DNA of 64,000 nucleotides from assembly GCA_964636275.1 (NCBI GenBank), contig CAZWRN010000001.1, positions 22,070 through 86,069 on the forward strand, read 5' to 3'. Shown piece by piece: positions 1 to 9,742 of this stretch (position 1 is the first letter of the stretch; each line of letters begins with the position of its first letter). A program made the translations under genes and the position numbers. The stretch comes from an uncultured Gammaproteobacteria bacterium. Lineage in GTDB: Bacteria > Patescibacteriota > Microgenomatia > Daviesbacterales > UBA10151. Below the pieces are notes generated by a model. The model was not told the origin of the DNA. It worked only from the letters and a program-made list of their open reading frames with translations, and did not search any database.

Positions 1-13
1 TGTTGTTAATAAA

Positions 14-286
14 ATGAATGCTGGTGACCCAACAGGGGCTACTGGAGTCAATACCCTCTTAAGTACTGTAGTGAGTCTTTTTTTTGTATTTGCTGGGATA
101 GTATTTGTAATTATGGTGGTTTGGGGTGCGGTAGATTTTATTATCTCTTTTGGCGAAAAGGACGCAATTGGAAAAGCACGGCAAAAAATCACTTGGGCTA
201 TTATTGGAGTCATAATATTATCACTGGTCTTTGTTTTACTTCGGATTGTTGAGAGGCTGACAGGATTAACATTTATTATTAGCTAA
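14..286 (+). CDS. VirB2/TrbC-like (T4SS pilin family) membrane protein; may be 5'-truncated by the window edge
   Basis: Two hydrophobic helices around the motif WGAVDFIISFGEKDAIGKARQKITWAIIG, shared with five neighbouring paralogs. The frame is open to the window start. Confidence 0.75.
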   Translation: MNAGDPTGATGVNTLLSTVVSLFFVFAGIVFVIMVVWGAVDFIISFGEKDAIGKARQKITWAIIGVIILSLVFVLLRIVERLTGLTFIIS

Positions 287-287
287 T

Positions 288-743
288 ATGAAATTATTGA
301 TACTAATTGTTTTGACTCTGACCATTTTTGCCCAGCTGGCTTTGCCTGTCCATTCGGCCGCCCAGATTGGAATCAAACAACCTACTACTGGTGGAGGAAT
401 TCAGGTAGGAAAAAACGATGCTGACACTCTCTTATCCACAGTGATTCGAAATATAATCACCTTTGTTTTTACTTTTGCCAGTGTTGCTTTAGTACTCGTC
501 TTTATGTGGGGATCTGTTGACTGGATTATTTCTGGGGGTGACAAAGACAAAGTGAGTGCTGCTAGAAAAAAGATCACTGCAGCTATCACGGGCTTTATCA
601 TTTTGTCGCTTAGTTTCTTCTTTATAAGTGTGATTGGTGTGATGTTTGGGATAAATCCATTTCAAGGACTTAAAATCCCCTTTCTTGGGGAAGCTGCAAC
701 CATTGGTAATCCGCAACGTCCGACAGGGGGTAATGTCCAATGA
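288..743 (+). CDS. VirB2-like T4SS pilin with signal peptide
   Basis: Signal peptide, two TM helices, motif WIISGGDKDKVSAARKKITAAITG. Confidence 0.8.
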   Translation: MKLLILIVLTLTIFAQLALPVHSAAQIGIKQPTTGGGIQVGKNDADTLLSTVIRNIITFVFTFASVALVLVFMWGSVDWIISGGDKDKVSAARKKITAAITGFIILSLSFFFISVIGVMFGINPFQGLKIPFLGEAATIGNPQRPTGGNVQ

Positions 744-1147
744 AACAAAAAAAGATTATTTTACCCTTTTTATTAGCTCTTCTTATATTTAATCCACTTT
801 CAGCCCAAGCTTTTGATATAACTGTTCCAAATACAATAACCCAACCTGTAACAAACTCTCAGGCAGCCAGCCAAGGAGTTGGCTCAATGATCAGCAACGT
901 AATCACATTAATTTTTTCTTTCTCCGGGGTGGCAGTAGTTTTGTATTTTTTATGGGGAGCCTTTGACTGGATTATGTCTGGAGGTGATAAAGAAAAAGTT
1001 GGAAATGCGAGGAAAAAGATGACTACTGCCATAATCGGTTTACTTTTACTCTCACTTACTTTCGCAATTATGGGTATCATCAGCCAACTCACATCAGTGA
1101 ATATATTGGGAGATCTGACACTTCCCCGATTTGGAGCAAACAACTAG
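740..1147 (+). CDS. VirB2-like T4SS pilin with signal peptide
   Basis: AQA signal cleavage site, motif WIMSGGDKEKVGNARKKMTTAIIG; 4-nt overlap with the upstream gene. Confidence 0.8.
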   Translation: MKQKKIILPFLLALLIFNPLSAQAFDITVPNTITQPVTNSQAASQGVGSMISNVITLIFSFSGVAVVLYFLWGAFDWIMSGGDKEKVGNARKKMTTAIIGLLLLSLTFAIMGIISQLTSVNILGDLTLPRFGANN

Positions 1148-1148
1148 G

Positions 1149-1595
1149 ATGATGAAAATAATAACCATTTTTTTAGCTCTGTCATTATTTATATTCCCGG
1201 TATCTGCCTGGGCGCAAACAAACTCTAAACAAAATAATGCAGGAAGCACCTTTAGAATAAACCAACCGACAGGTTATGGTGTCCAAATTGACGGGACAGC
1301 TGACAATATTATTGGCGTTTTGGTCAAAAATGCCATAATTCTGATTTTTTCTTTTTCAGCTTTAGGAGTTATTGCCTATTTTTTATGGGGAGCTTTTGAC
1401 TGGATTGTTTCTGGTGGAGATAAAGAAAAAATTAACTCAGCCAGAAAAAAAATGACTCATGCTTTGTTTGGTTTAGCTATTCTTTCATTGTCGTTTGTGA
1501 TTATTACTGTTGCTGGAGAGATTGTAGGTTTTAATCCGTTGAAAGAGCTATTATTCCCAGCACTTGGTGATCAATCCTCAACCGTGACTCCTTAA
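1149..1595 (+). CDS. VirB2-like T4SS pilin with signal peptide
   Basis: AWA signal peptide and WIVSGGDKEKINSARKKMTHALFG motif. Start moved from the ORF-track 1131 to ATG 1149, just after the previous stop. Confidence 0.8.
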   Translation: MMKIITIFLALSLFIFPVSAWAQTNSKQNNAGSTFRINQPTGYGVQIDGTADNIIGVLVKNAIILIFSFSALGVIAYFLWGAFDWIVSGGDKEKINSARKKMTHALFGLAILSLSFVIITVAGEIVGFNPLKELLFPALGDQSSTVTP

Positions 1596-1619
1596 ACTAA
1601 GTAATATAACGCCATTTTT

Positions 1620-1648
1620 TTGCTTTCTAGAGTATCTTATAGTATAAT
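1620..1648 (+). promoter_or_regulatory. Sigma70 promoter giving a leaderless transcript of the repeat protein
   Basis: TTGCTT-17 nt-TATAAT, with ATG 1655 six nt after the -10. Confidence 0.65.
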
Positions 1649-1654
1649 ATAGGC

Positions 1655-2719
1655 ATGTTTAATTCTAGTTTAAATTGCCTAAAAACCTCTCTAACCGGTC
1701 TAATTTTGTCCGGAGTTATATTTAGTGTTTTCGCTTATCCAATCCAGATATCGGCGGATAGTATTACATGGGAACCGGGATACGAAAGTACTTTTGAGAG
1801 TGGCTCAACCCCTACCCCAGCCAACCCCCAAGGTCAAAACTGGATATTTAATCCTATCCGCCAGGTTGGACAAAATACTCAGTTTGGAGGCTATGATCCA
1901 ATTCGAACTGTCGGCAACAACTCAACATTTAATACATATGAGCCGATCAGAACTGTTGGCAATAACTCCACTTTCAATACTTATGAACCGATTCGGACTG
2001 TAGGACAGACCACCACTTTTGGCAGTTACGAACCAATTCGTGCTGTGGGACAAAATACTCAATTTGGAACCTACGACCCTATTAGACGGGTTGGTCAGGC
2101 GACTCGATTTGGGTCCTATGATCCTATTAGACAAGTAGGTCAAAATACCTCATTTGGCGCTTACGATCCAATCCGCCAGGTTGGACAGAATACTCAGTTT
2201 GGAAATTATGATCCTATCCGCCAGGTTGGACAAAATACTCAGTTTGGAAATTATGATCCGATCAGAACTGTCGGACAATCAACCAGTTTTTCAAGCTATG
2301 ACCCCATCCGCCGTGTAGGTCAAAATACCTCATTTGGCGCTTACGATCCAATCCGCCAGGTTGGACAGAATACTCAGTTTGGAAATTATGATCCGATCAA
2401 AACTGTGGGACAAAATAACGCAGCGCCGGCTTACAACCCGATTGTGATACCAAATCTGGAAAACAATCCATATCGATACAATGCTATTCAGGTGCCAAAT
2501 ACTGGTAACTCGGGTGTGACGTACAATCAACCGGTGGTTCCAGCTGCTGGAAGCAATAACCCGGCTTACAACCAACCATTAATTCCACCTACTGGAAATA
2601 GTTCTACGACTTATAATCAGCCGGTCGTCCCCACAGCTTCGACACAGCCCCAGGTAATTGTGGTTGATCCTTCAACATATAGTAGTATTCGTGAACTACC
2701 TAAAACAGGCCTTCGCTAA
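1655..2719 (+). CDS. Secreted protein with 15-aa tandem repeats (YDPIRQVGQNTQFGN) and terminal LPKTG
   Basis: Hydrophobic N-terminal signal; 13 clear plus about 5 degenerate 15-aa repeats; ends ELPKTGLR. Confidence 0.85.
   Translation: MFNSSLNCLKTSLTGLILSGVIFSVFAYPIQISADSITWEPGYESTFESGSTPTPANPQGQNWIFNPIRQVGQNTQFGGYDPIRTVGNNSTFNTYEPIRTVGNNSTFNTYEPIRTVGQTTTFGSYEPIRAVGQNTQFGTYDPIRRVGQATRFGSYDPIRQVGQNTSFGAYDPIRQVGQNTQFGNYDPIRQVGQNTQFGNYDPIRTVGQSTSFSSYDPIRRVGQNTSFGAYDPIRQVGQNTQFGNYDPIKTVGQNNAAPAYNPIVIPNLENNPYRYNAIQVPNTGNSGVTYNQPVVPAAGSNNPAYNQPLIPPTGNSSTTYNQPVVPTASTQPQVIVVDPSTYSSIRELPKTGLR
1850..2420 (+). repeat. 45-bp coding tandem repeat
   Basis: In-frame 45-bp units with synonymous variation; 2135-2214 and 2315-2394 are identical 80-bp blocks. 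Confidence 0.9.
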
Positions 2720-2769
2720 TCTCGAGGTATTGACAAGGTTGTTTCTTCATGATTATGATTAATTCAATC

Positions 2770-3165
2770 ATGAAAAAGCTTTCTGCCGCTTTTGCTTCTG
2801 TCGCTGGATATTTCACATTAGCTTCTTCTGCTTTGGCACTTCAAGTAAACACACCAACTAATATGGGTATTGATCCAAAGACAGCTCCTAGTACTATTTT
2901 GACAAGCGCTTTAACTATCGTTTATATCGTTGCAGCACTGCTTGTTCTCTATTTTTTGATCATGGGAGCTTTTAAATGGATCACCTCTGGTGGTGACAAA
3001 GATGCTATCGGAAAAGCTCGCGGCGCTATCATAAATGCTTTGATTGGTCTGGCTATATTAGCTTTGGCTGTAGTGATAGTCATAGTTGTTGGAAAGATCT
3101 TGAATATTAATATTTTGGGCAACTTCACTATCCCCAACCTGATGGGTACTGCAACCGACATTTAA
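2770..3165 (+). CDS. VirB2-like T4SS pilin, candidate major pilin
   Basis: ALA signal peptide and WITSGGDKDAIGKARGAIINALIG motif. It has its own TTGACA(2730)-18-TATGAT promoter, and a hairpin ACCGACAT-TTA-ATGTCGGT covers the stop. Confidence 0.8.
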   Translation: MKKLSAAFASVAGYFTLASSALALQVNTPTNMGIDPKTAPSTILTSALTIVYIVAALLVLYFLIMGAFKWITSGGDKDAIGKARGAIINALIGLAILALAVVIVIVVGKILNINILGNFTIPNLMGTATDI

Positions 3166-3172
3166 TGTCGGT

Positions 3173-3303
3173 AAATTCTAAGCACTAAATCCTAAACTCG
3201 AGATAAATCTAATACATAAATTCTAAATACAAAACTATTTTTGAAATTGTTATTTTGATATTTGAATTTGTCTAGAATTTAGGATTTCGATATTAGAGTT
3301 TAT
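3173..3303. repeat. Periodic (7-nt) palindromic element, AAATTCT/TTAGAAT family
   Basis: Left arm aaattcta-agcacta-aatccta-aactcga-gataaat; the right arm reverse-complements to aaactcta-atatcga-aatccta-aattcta-gacaaat. Confidence 0.85.
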
Positions 3304-3320
3304 TATGTTACTCTTATTAC

Positions 3321-3635
3321 ATGAGTCCTACTCCTTCGATAAACTTAGGTCCTGAACCGGCAGGAATTGCCCAACTTGAGCAGCTTTTCTCCCGCATAGT
3401 TTATTTATCTGCTGGGATAGCATTTATGGCACTCACAGTAATGTTGGTATATGCAGCAATCAGATTTCTTACCTCTGGTGGAGACAAGAAAACGATCCAA
3501 TCAACCTGGGCTGTTATCACTTGGGCATTTCTAGGAATTTTTTTCATGGGTCTAGCCTGGGCTATTCTTCTTTTAGTAAAAAGCTTTACCGGTGTGGATG
3601 TTCTAAATTTTAGACTTGCATTCCCCCAGACTTAA
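3321..3635 (+). CDS. VirB2-like T4SS pilin family protein
   Basis: Two TM helices, motif RFLTSGGDKKTIQSTWAVITWAFLG. Confidence 0.75.
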   Translation: MSPTPSINLGPEPAGIAQLEQLFSRIVYLSAGIAFMALTVMLVYAAIRFLTSGGDKKTIQSTWAVITWAFLGIFFMGLAWAILLLVKSFTGVDVLNFRLAFPQT

Positions 3636-3672
3636 GTTGAAAAAGATAACTCAGTAAGTTACTCTATTCTTA

Positions 3673-5184
3673 ATGCCTTTTATATCCCGAAAATTCTTTT
3701 TCAATTTTAAATCTAAAGTATGCCTGATATTTACATTGGGTCTTTTTATTTTTGGTAGCTGTGCGACCCCAGCGCTAGCTCAAAATAGCCCCGCATCAAC
3801 TCAATCTACGCAACAAGTTTTAAATTCACTTTTAAACTCATTTGCCGGCTGTATGATTATCGGACAAAGCCTGATTGAAACAGAAGAGTGTCCTACCCAG
3901 TCAGGCTCTCAAAGCTCTAACCATCCAAATAGCGGGATGGGGCTGGTCGGTAAGGCTATTTCATTGACCTACAATCCTCCTCTTTCCACTCAGGCCTATC
4001 TGGCAGACGTTAAAGAGAGTTTGGGCTTTGCCAAACCGGCTTATGCCCAATCTGTGACAGGCACAGGTGAGAGTGTAATTGCTCCTGTTAAAAAACTCTG
4101 GCAGATAACACGAAATTTCTCTTATCTGATTTTTACCTTGATATTTGTAGGTATAGGCGTGATGATCATGCTGCGGCGAAAACTAAATCCGCAAACAGTA
4201 CTAAGTGTTCAAAGCGCTTTGCCAGGGCTGGTGATAGGGCTGATATTGATCACATTTAGCTATCTGATTGCCGCTTTGATAGTTGATTTGTCTTTCTTAC
4301 TAATTCCGCTTGTCGCAAGTGTTTTTGAGCAGGCTGGAGGGAATATTTTCAAGGAAAATGGTCAGACTTTGCAGGATTTCGCTCTAAATTCGACAGTCTT
4401 CTCTTTTTTTAAACCGGTTTTTTGGAATCATCCAAACTGGCCATTGGATCTTGATCTTTTGAAAGGAACCCCTCCGGGGTCTGTTACTAGAGAGCAGTTT
4501 TCAATCCCCAACTTAATCCCATATCTTATCCAATTGGCTATTGATGCTGTTCTGGGTCTGGGTAATTTATTGATAATGGTAATCGTTGTCATCGGATTGT
4601 TTTTTCAGATGATTCGTTTACTATGGATAATTTTGAGATCCTATATCTCTATTTTAGTTTTTACTGTTTTGGGACCATTATTGATTTTAATGTCCACAAT
4701 ACCAGGTCGTGGAAAATCAGTCGAATTTTGGTGGAGAAATCTACTAGGAAACGCTTTAATCTTTCCGGCTATATTTGCAGCCTTCTTTTTTGGGGGGATG
4801 ATCTTGTCGGATACTGGTGTGGATCAAAACGCTTTTAACCAGACATTGCCGCTATTTGCCGGTATACCTGTTTATCTGTTAAAATATGTTATAGGATTTG
4901 CCATTATATTGGGCGTTCCTGCGGTACCACAAATGGTTAAAGAAACAATCGGAGTCAAGGATATTAAAGGAATCCCAGAAGCCGCCATGGCTGGCTTTGG
5001 TGCGGGAGTTGGACCAATGCAACAGGGTTTAAAACAAGCCTACAAACCATTTGAAACAGAAAGACAAGCATTTAGAGAAGCAAAAATGCGTTCGATGTTC
5101 CCATCCGACAAAACAACTTTTGATACCATGATGGCAAGTAAATCTTCACGGCCTCGCTGGTACACTCGTTGGTTTAATAAATAG
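3673..5184 (+). CDS. VirB6/TrbL-like polytopic membrane protein
   Basis: Multi-TM protein with LWQITRNFSY...LITFSYLIAALIVDLS and IRLLWIILRSYISI...GPL motifs; follows the pilin array. Confidence 0.65.
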   Translation: MPFISRKFFFNFKSKVCLIFTLGLFIFGSCATPALAQNSPASTQSTQQVLNSLLNSFAGCMIIGQSLIETEECPTQSGSQSSNHPNSGMGLVGKAISLTYNPPLSTQAYLADVKESLGFAKPAYAQSVTGTGESVIAPVKKLWQITRNFSYLIFTLIFVGIGVMIMLRRKLNPQTVLSVQSALPGLVIGLILITFSYLIAALIVDLSFLLIPLVASVFEQAGGNIFKENGQTLQDFALNSTVFSFFKPVFWNHPNWPLDLDLLKGTPPGSVTREQFSIPNLIPYLIQLAIDAVLGLGNLLIMVIVVIGLFFQMIRLLWIILRSYISILVFTVLGPLLILMSTIPGRGKSVEFWWRNLLGNALIFPAIFAAFFFGGMILSDTGVDQNAFNQTLPLFAGIPVYLLKYVIGFAIILGVPAVPQMVKETIGVKDIKGIPEAAMAGFGAGVGPMQQGLKQAYKPFETERQAFREAKMRSMFPSDKTTFDTMMASKSSRPRWYTRWFNK

Positions 5185-5197
5185 AATACTGAGTGCT

Positions 5198-8119
5198 TCA
5201 ACCTTTTACAAATGCCTGCATTGTAGCCGCTAGCTGCTTTAAAACGCCTTCCAAAAATCCGCTAAAAAGACCTCTTTTATTGGTTTTCTCATACAGATCC
5301 CTCATAAATTGATATAAATCATTACCCAAATACTCCCTATTTAGTCGTTCGGACTCATGGTGAGCTACCATATGTGATAATGTCAATTTTCTGTTTAATA
5401 ATTCTAGTTGATTCCAATTTAGATTATTGAAATCATATTTCTCAGAATGCTTAGTCCGGAATTCAAAAATTCCTCTGGCGAGAGAACCTATAAATTCGTT
5501 CAACTCGTTTGCGCCATGGTGGTCATCAAACTCAGTTAAAGCTAATGAAGCTTTGAAAAACTCTCCCAAGGTTTTTATAATCTGGTCTGGTGTTTCCATA
5601 GCATGAAAATCATAGAGTAGTCTTGGCCCAGATTTATCAAACATGCCCTGGACTTTTTCCATGGCATTCCAGCGGCCGGTATTATATTTGATTCGATTGA
5701 AAAAACGGTCCCATTCTTCGGCCAGCTGAGCATTTGTTCCCAACTGGAAAAACTGCTGAATTGTAACTGTATTTACATAGCCATATTTTCTTAGCTCCTT
5801 AAAGCGACCTGGATTTAACTCACCGTCATTCCAATAATCAGCTGGCTTATGATGAAGCTTTTTCTTGTCTCGCGCTCCTCTTCCACCAATTGATGCATTA
5901 AAATCGATCAAATGGGCGTATCTCTCATAGATCATTCGCTGATGATCTGCCCAGGCTTTGGCTAATTCACCACTTCTTTCCCTGGCCAATTTCTGAGCAA
6001 TCTTTTTTCTTTTCTTCACTTCGGGTGTGTCATTTGGTGACTCGGGCATCATATCTTGAGCCAAATGGAGTGTGATTTTGTTTCCTGAAAACATTTTTTT
6101 GCTACCAGTTTCAGGGTCAATTTCTCTTGTGTCATCGTCATACCATTCAAAAACCGGATCAAAAACAACAGCATCTCCGGCGACGTTTTCATAGCCGAAT
6201 TGCTCAATTCCTCCTTTTAATTCTTCTGGTATTGCTACGCCTTTTTTCCACTTTAGACCATCAAAATCAGCTGACTGACCAGAAGCATGATGGATCTTTT
6301 CGGCAATCACAAAGGCTCGATTGAGATGTCCAAAGACCTGTTCAATATCCTCAAGGTGAATATTACTTAGTGTATCAGGATCTAAATTTTCAACTTCAGC
6401 GCTCTTGAGATTGCGCTCCAGTACGAATTTGGCCTTTTTTGCCTCATGCACTTTCTCTAATTCAGGCTTTATTTCCTCTCTTAGTGCTGGTGTTAATTCA
6501 TTTCTTAACTCGGCAATTCTCTCCTGCCGCTCTTCATCGGTGTAAGCCGGTTTCCCTTCCAGATTTCTGCGAGCATTTTCCTCGTTGATTTTACTTGCTG
6601 TTCTAGCTGGTAAAGCTTCTTCTACTTTTTCCTTTAGTTCAATGGGGAACTGATCTGCAATTTCCCTTGTATAGGCAAAATATTCTGAAATAGTTTTCGT
6701 TACTATTTTTTTACCTGAAGCATCCATTAATAATTTTGCTTTTTCAGGATTTCCTTCCTCTCCTTCTTGTTTTATTCTATTTATTGCACGATGAGCTGAA
6801 TGATACTTATCAAGTGCATCACTGGTAATCATATAATTCATTCCATGAATCATTAATCCTCTATATTTTGTTCTTGCAGCTTCTACTTTTTTCTTTGCTT
6901 CATTTATATCAATTGACTGGTAGTACTTTTTGAGAGCTTGATCATATTGATATTCCTGAAAAACACCTTCATCAGAGTAGAATTTAGTTTTATCGGGAAA
7001 GTCGGTCAATCCCGCAATCTTAAATACATCCGTCATCCCTAAGAAATCTTTTGGTTTTTTATCTTCTCCAACTCCAAAATCATCCCACATTTGATCGATC
7101 AGTTTGATTTTTTGTCTGAGTGTCCAGGTATCTTCTTTTTCTTTATTAGTTAAATTTGCTCCATCAACAATTTTATTTACCAGATTCTGATCTTTTATAC
7201 CTTCATCTTTGACCCGGTAATAATGGCCTCTGGCTCTTGATGGGGTATCTGCATCATCATTCCAACCTTCAAGTAAATCTGATGCCTGCTGGACACCGGC
7301 CTCTCTCATTAATGCTTTTAAATGTCGTCCACGGATATTGGTAATACCACTACCCCATTGTTCACATTTCAAATATTTTGCTGCAAACGCCACATTGTGA
7401 GTGATCTGCCGAGCCTCAATCCAGTTGGAGATCTCAGATCGAAAAGATTCATACTGGGGCTCAGCAAAGACCACGTTTATATATTGCAACATCTCACCAA
7501 CACCTGGAGCCTCACCAGCCTCATCAATGTCAAGAGTTGCTAAAATATTATTTACACGTTGTCTCAATTTACCAAATTGGCGATTTTGTTTATAGTATTC
7601 AAGCTCCTGATAAATATTGTAAAAAGATTGTTCTCTTCCCTCATTGGCCACTGACTCTCTATACGCATCTACTTCAGCTTGGGGAAACCCTTTTGCGGCA
7701 TTTTGATCACGATCCCATTGTTTTTTTTCCTCTTCTCCCCGCATCGGATCAGGCGGAGTTTCTGGAGTTACATTGTCCTCAGGTCGGTGATGTCCAGAGG
7801 TTTCTGCTGATTCATCTGTATCCTCTGCGCCCCCTGCTACTCTAAAAATAGGTTTGCCTGATCTGGTAAAAAGTGTTCCTGGTGGATAATCGGCTGGATT
7901 GGGTTTTTCAGTATTTTTAGGATTTTCTGCACTGCTACGTTTTTGCCCGGTTGCCCATCCTTCGGTTCCTGGCCAAATAGGACGGCCCTTTTCAGTAAAT
8001 TTTGTTCCTGGTGGATAAGGTGACTTTTTTTCAAAATCAGAAGGCTTACTCCCTGAAGGAGCACTTTCGGGTCCTGTTCCTGGTGGTGTACCATCGGCCA
8101 TATTTTTGTCAAAGGCCAT
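5198..8119 (-). CDS. Large hypothetical protein (973 aa, charged, helical)
   Basis: Long ORF; duplicated N-terminal motif YPPGT.FT..G.PI; no family recognised. Confidence 0.85.
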   Translation of the reverse strand: MAFDKNMADGTPPGTGPESAPSGSKPSDFEKKSPYPPGTKFTEKGRPIWPGTEGWATGQKRSSAENPKNTEKPNPADYPPGTLFTRSGKPIFRVAGGAEDTDESAETSGHHRPEDNVTPETPPDPMRGEEEKKQWDRDQNAAKGFPQAEVDAYRESVANEGREQSFYNIYQELEYYKQNRQFGKLRQRVNNILATLDIDEAGEAPGVGEMLQYINVVFAEPQYESFRSEISNWIEARQITHNVAFAAKYLKCEQWGSGITNIRGRHLKALMREAGVQQASDLLEGWNDDADTPSRARGHYYRVKDEGIKDQNLVNKIVDGANLTNKEKEDTWTLRQKIKLIDQMWDDFGVGEDKKPKDFLGMTDVFKIAGLTDFPDKTKFYSDEGVFQEYQYDQALKKYYQSIDINEAKKKVEAARTKYRGLMIHGMNYMITSDALDKYHSAHRAINRIKQEGEEGNPEKAKLLMDASGKKIVTKTISEYFAYTREIADQFPIELKEKVEEALPARTASKINEENARRNLEGKPAYTDEERQERIAELRNELTPALREEIKPELEKVHEAKKAKFVLERNLKSAEVENLDPDTLSNIHLEDIEQVFGHLNRAFVIAEKIHHASGQSADFDGLKWKKGVAIPEELKGGIEQFGYENVAGDAVVFDPVFEWYDDDTREIDPETGSKKMFSGNKITLHLAQDMMPESPNDTPEVKKRKKIAQKLARERSGELAKAWADHQRMIYERYAHLIDFNASIGGRGARDKKKLHHKPADYWNDGELNPGRFKELRKYGYVNTVTIQQFFQLGTNAQLAEEWDRFFNRIKYNTGRWNAMEKVQGMFDKSGPRLLYDFHAMETPDQIIKTLGEFFKASLALTEFDDHHGANELNEFIGSLARGIFEFRTKHSEKYDFNNLNWNQLELLNRKLTLSHMVAHHESERLNREYLGNDLYQFMRDLYEKTNKRGLFSGFLEGVLKQLAATMQAFVKG

Positions 8120-8318
8120 AAAAGGCTACCCGTTTGTCAGTACTCTAGTACCTATCCATCTTTTTTATTAGTTTAACTAAAGAAGGAAACGACTAGTGAG
8201 AGTATTATATACCCTATAGCCTATTAAAGCAACTTTCTGACTCCATCGTAACGTGCTTATAAAAAATAGTCAAACTTCAAATACCTAATTGGGTCAGACG
8301 TATGATACTCTTATATAT

Positions 8319-9704
8319 ATGACCGGACCGGAGACTGCAGAACGCAATCACAATCGAGATATCCTCATGATGCAGATCCGCAATCCAGCTACACGGGAGA
8401 CCCTCAAAAGGGAGATACCAGCGGATTCAAGGGTGGATTATTCTGGAGGAGGATCTAGGAATGAAACTCTCAGTGCGCTGGCTACTTTAGCGCGAGTTGA
8501 AAAAGGTGATATATATAAATATATTTTGGGAATAGCCACAGTAGCTGAGTCCCCTGATCAGCTGGCTAATGCATTTGGAGCTATTAGAGCTTTGGCCGAT
8601 TGGAAAAATAGCGGGAAAGATCGAGCTGGTACGATAGCAGCAGCCCAAAAAGATTTTCTATCCCGTTCTTCACCACCTATGCATATCACTGATGAGGCAA
8701 AAGATCTAATAAGAATTTTTAAGTCTGCTTGGGACCAATCTCGAGGTGATGAACGCTTTGCAATACGAAGTATTCGAAGCACACTTATGAGTCGCCAAGG
8801 TGAAGCTCAAAGAAATTACGAAAATCATTTTGCCGAAGCTTATTTAGCTAGTATTATGGATGATTCATTACCCGAAGGGCTTCGGCAAGCCGTGTTGAAT
8901 AGTGGGTATATGTTTGACTTGGGATCCCCTCCTTATTTAAATGAAAATGAACGTCGATTTGATACTAGAGCCAGTTTTTGGACCCAAGCCAAGCCAGCCT
9001 GGGTTTTCCCAGAGATTTTTGGATCGGGGACACGTCCGGAAGATCGTTTAGATCCAAAAGATGCAGAAATTGTCAATTTAAAAAAAGAGATAGATAGGCT
9101 TCGTCGACGTCCACCAGCAGCCGATCCAGCACAAGAAGCGCGATTCCGAGCTACAGAAAGAGAAAATACGACTCTAAAAGGACAGCGGGATCGTTTGACT
9201 AAAGAAAATAATGATTTAATAAATATGAATAATCAGCTTAGAACTAAAATTGCTGAACTAGAACGTCTTCGCGGAGCTGCCCCCTCACCCGATGCTTCTC
9301 GAAGAATAAGTGAGCTAATGATGCAGGTGCAGCAACTAGAAGCAGATAAAAAATCACTCCAAGAATCTAATCGTCAAAAGGACACTGACTTAAGACGCGA
9401 AAGGGATGCAAGAGCCGCGGCAGAAAGAGAAGCCGCCAGAGCCAGAGCCGACCGTCGGTCAGGCAGACCCTCTCCATTTGAAGTTTTAGGGATAACTGAC
9501 CGTTTGGCCTGGGATCGAGCTGACATGGCTGGGAAGAGACGGATTTTAGACCTTGCTAGTCGGCCACTACGTATGAAGTATCATACCGATATGCATGTAG
9601 AAGCAGCGAAAAATCCTGTAATTAAGGAGTTATTGGATCGTGAGCTGGTAAAAATAAACTTAGCAGTGGAAGAGCTGGAGAAACAGGCGGGTCTAAGAAA
9701 ATAG
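8319..9704 (+). CDS. Coiled-coil protein with C-terminal J-domain-like region
   Basis: Long coiled coil, then PFEVLGI...LRMKYHTD...INLAVEEL. ATG 8319 is preferred over TTG 8289. Confidence 0.7.
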   Translation: MTGPETAERNHNRDILMMQIRNPATRETLKREIPADSRVDYSGGGSRNETLSALATLARVEKGDIYKYILGIATVAESPDQLANAFGAIRALADWKNSGKDRAGTIAAAQKDFLSRSSPPMHITDEAKDLIRIFKSAWDQSRGDERFAIRSIRSTLMSRQGEAQRNYENHFAEAYLASIMDDSLPEGLRQAVLNSGYMFDLGSPPYLNENERRFDTRASFWTQAKPAWVFPEIFGSGTRPEDRLDPKDAEIVNLKKEIDRLRRRPPAADPAQEARFRATERENTTLKGQRDRLTKENNDLINMNNQLRTKIAELERLRGAAPSPDASRRISELMMQVQQLEADKKSLQESNRQKDTDLRRERDARAAAEREAARARADRRSGRPSPFEVLGITDRLAWDRADMAGKRRILDLASRPLRMKYHTDMHVEAAKNPVIKELLDRELVKINLAVEELEKQAGLRK

Positions 9705-9742
9705 CTTTGACATTTGTTTTTGAATGTGACAACAATTGATTT

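Noticed and set aside
1850-2420. CRISPR array
   Set aside because: Units are contiguous 45-bp in-frame repeats with synonymous variation and no unique spacers; no cas genes in the window.
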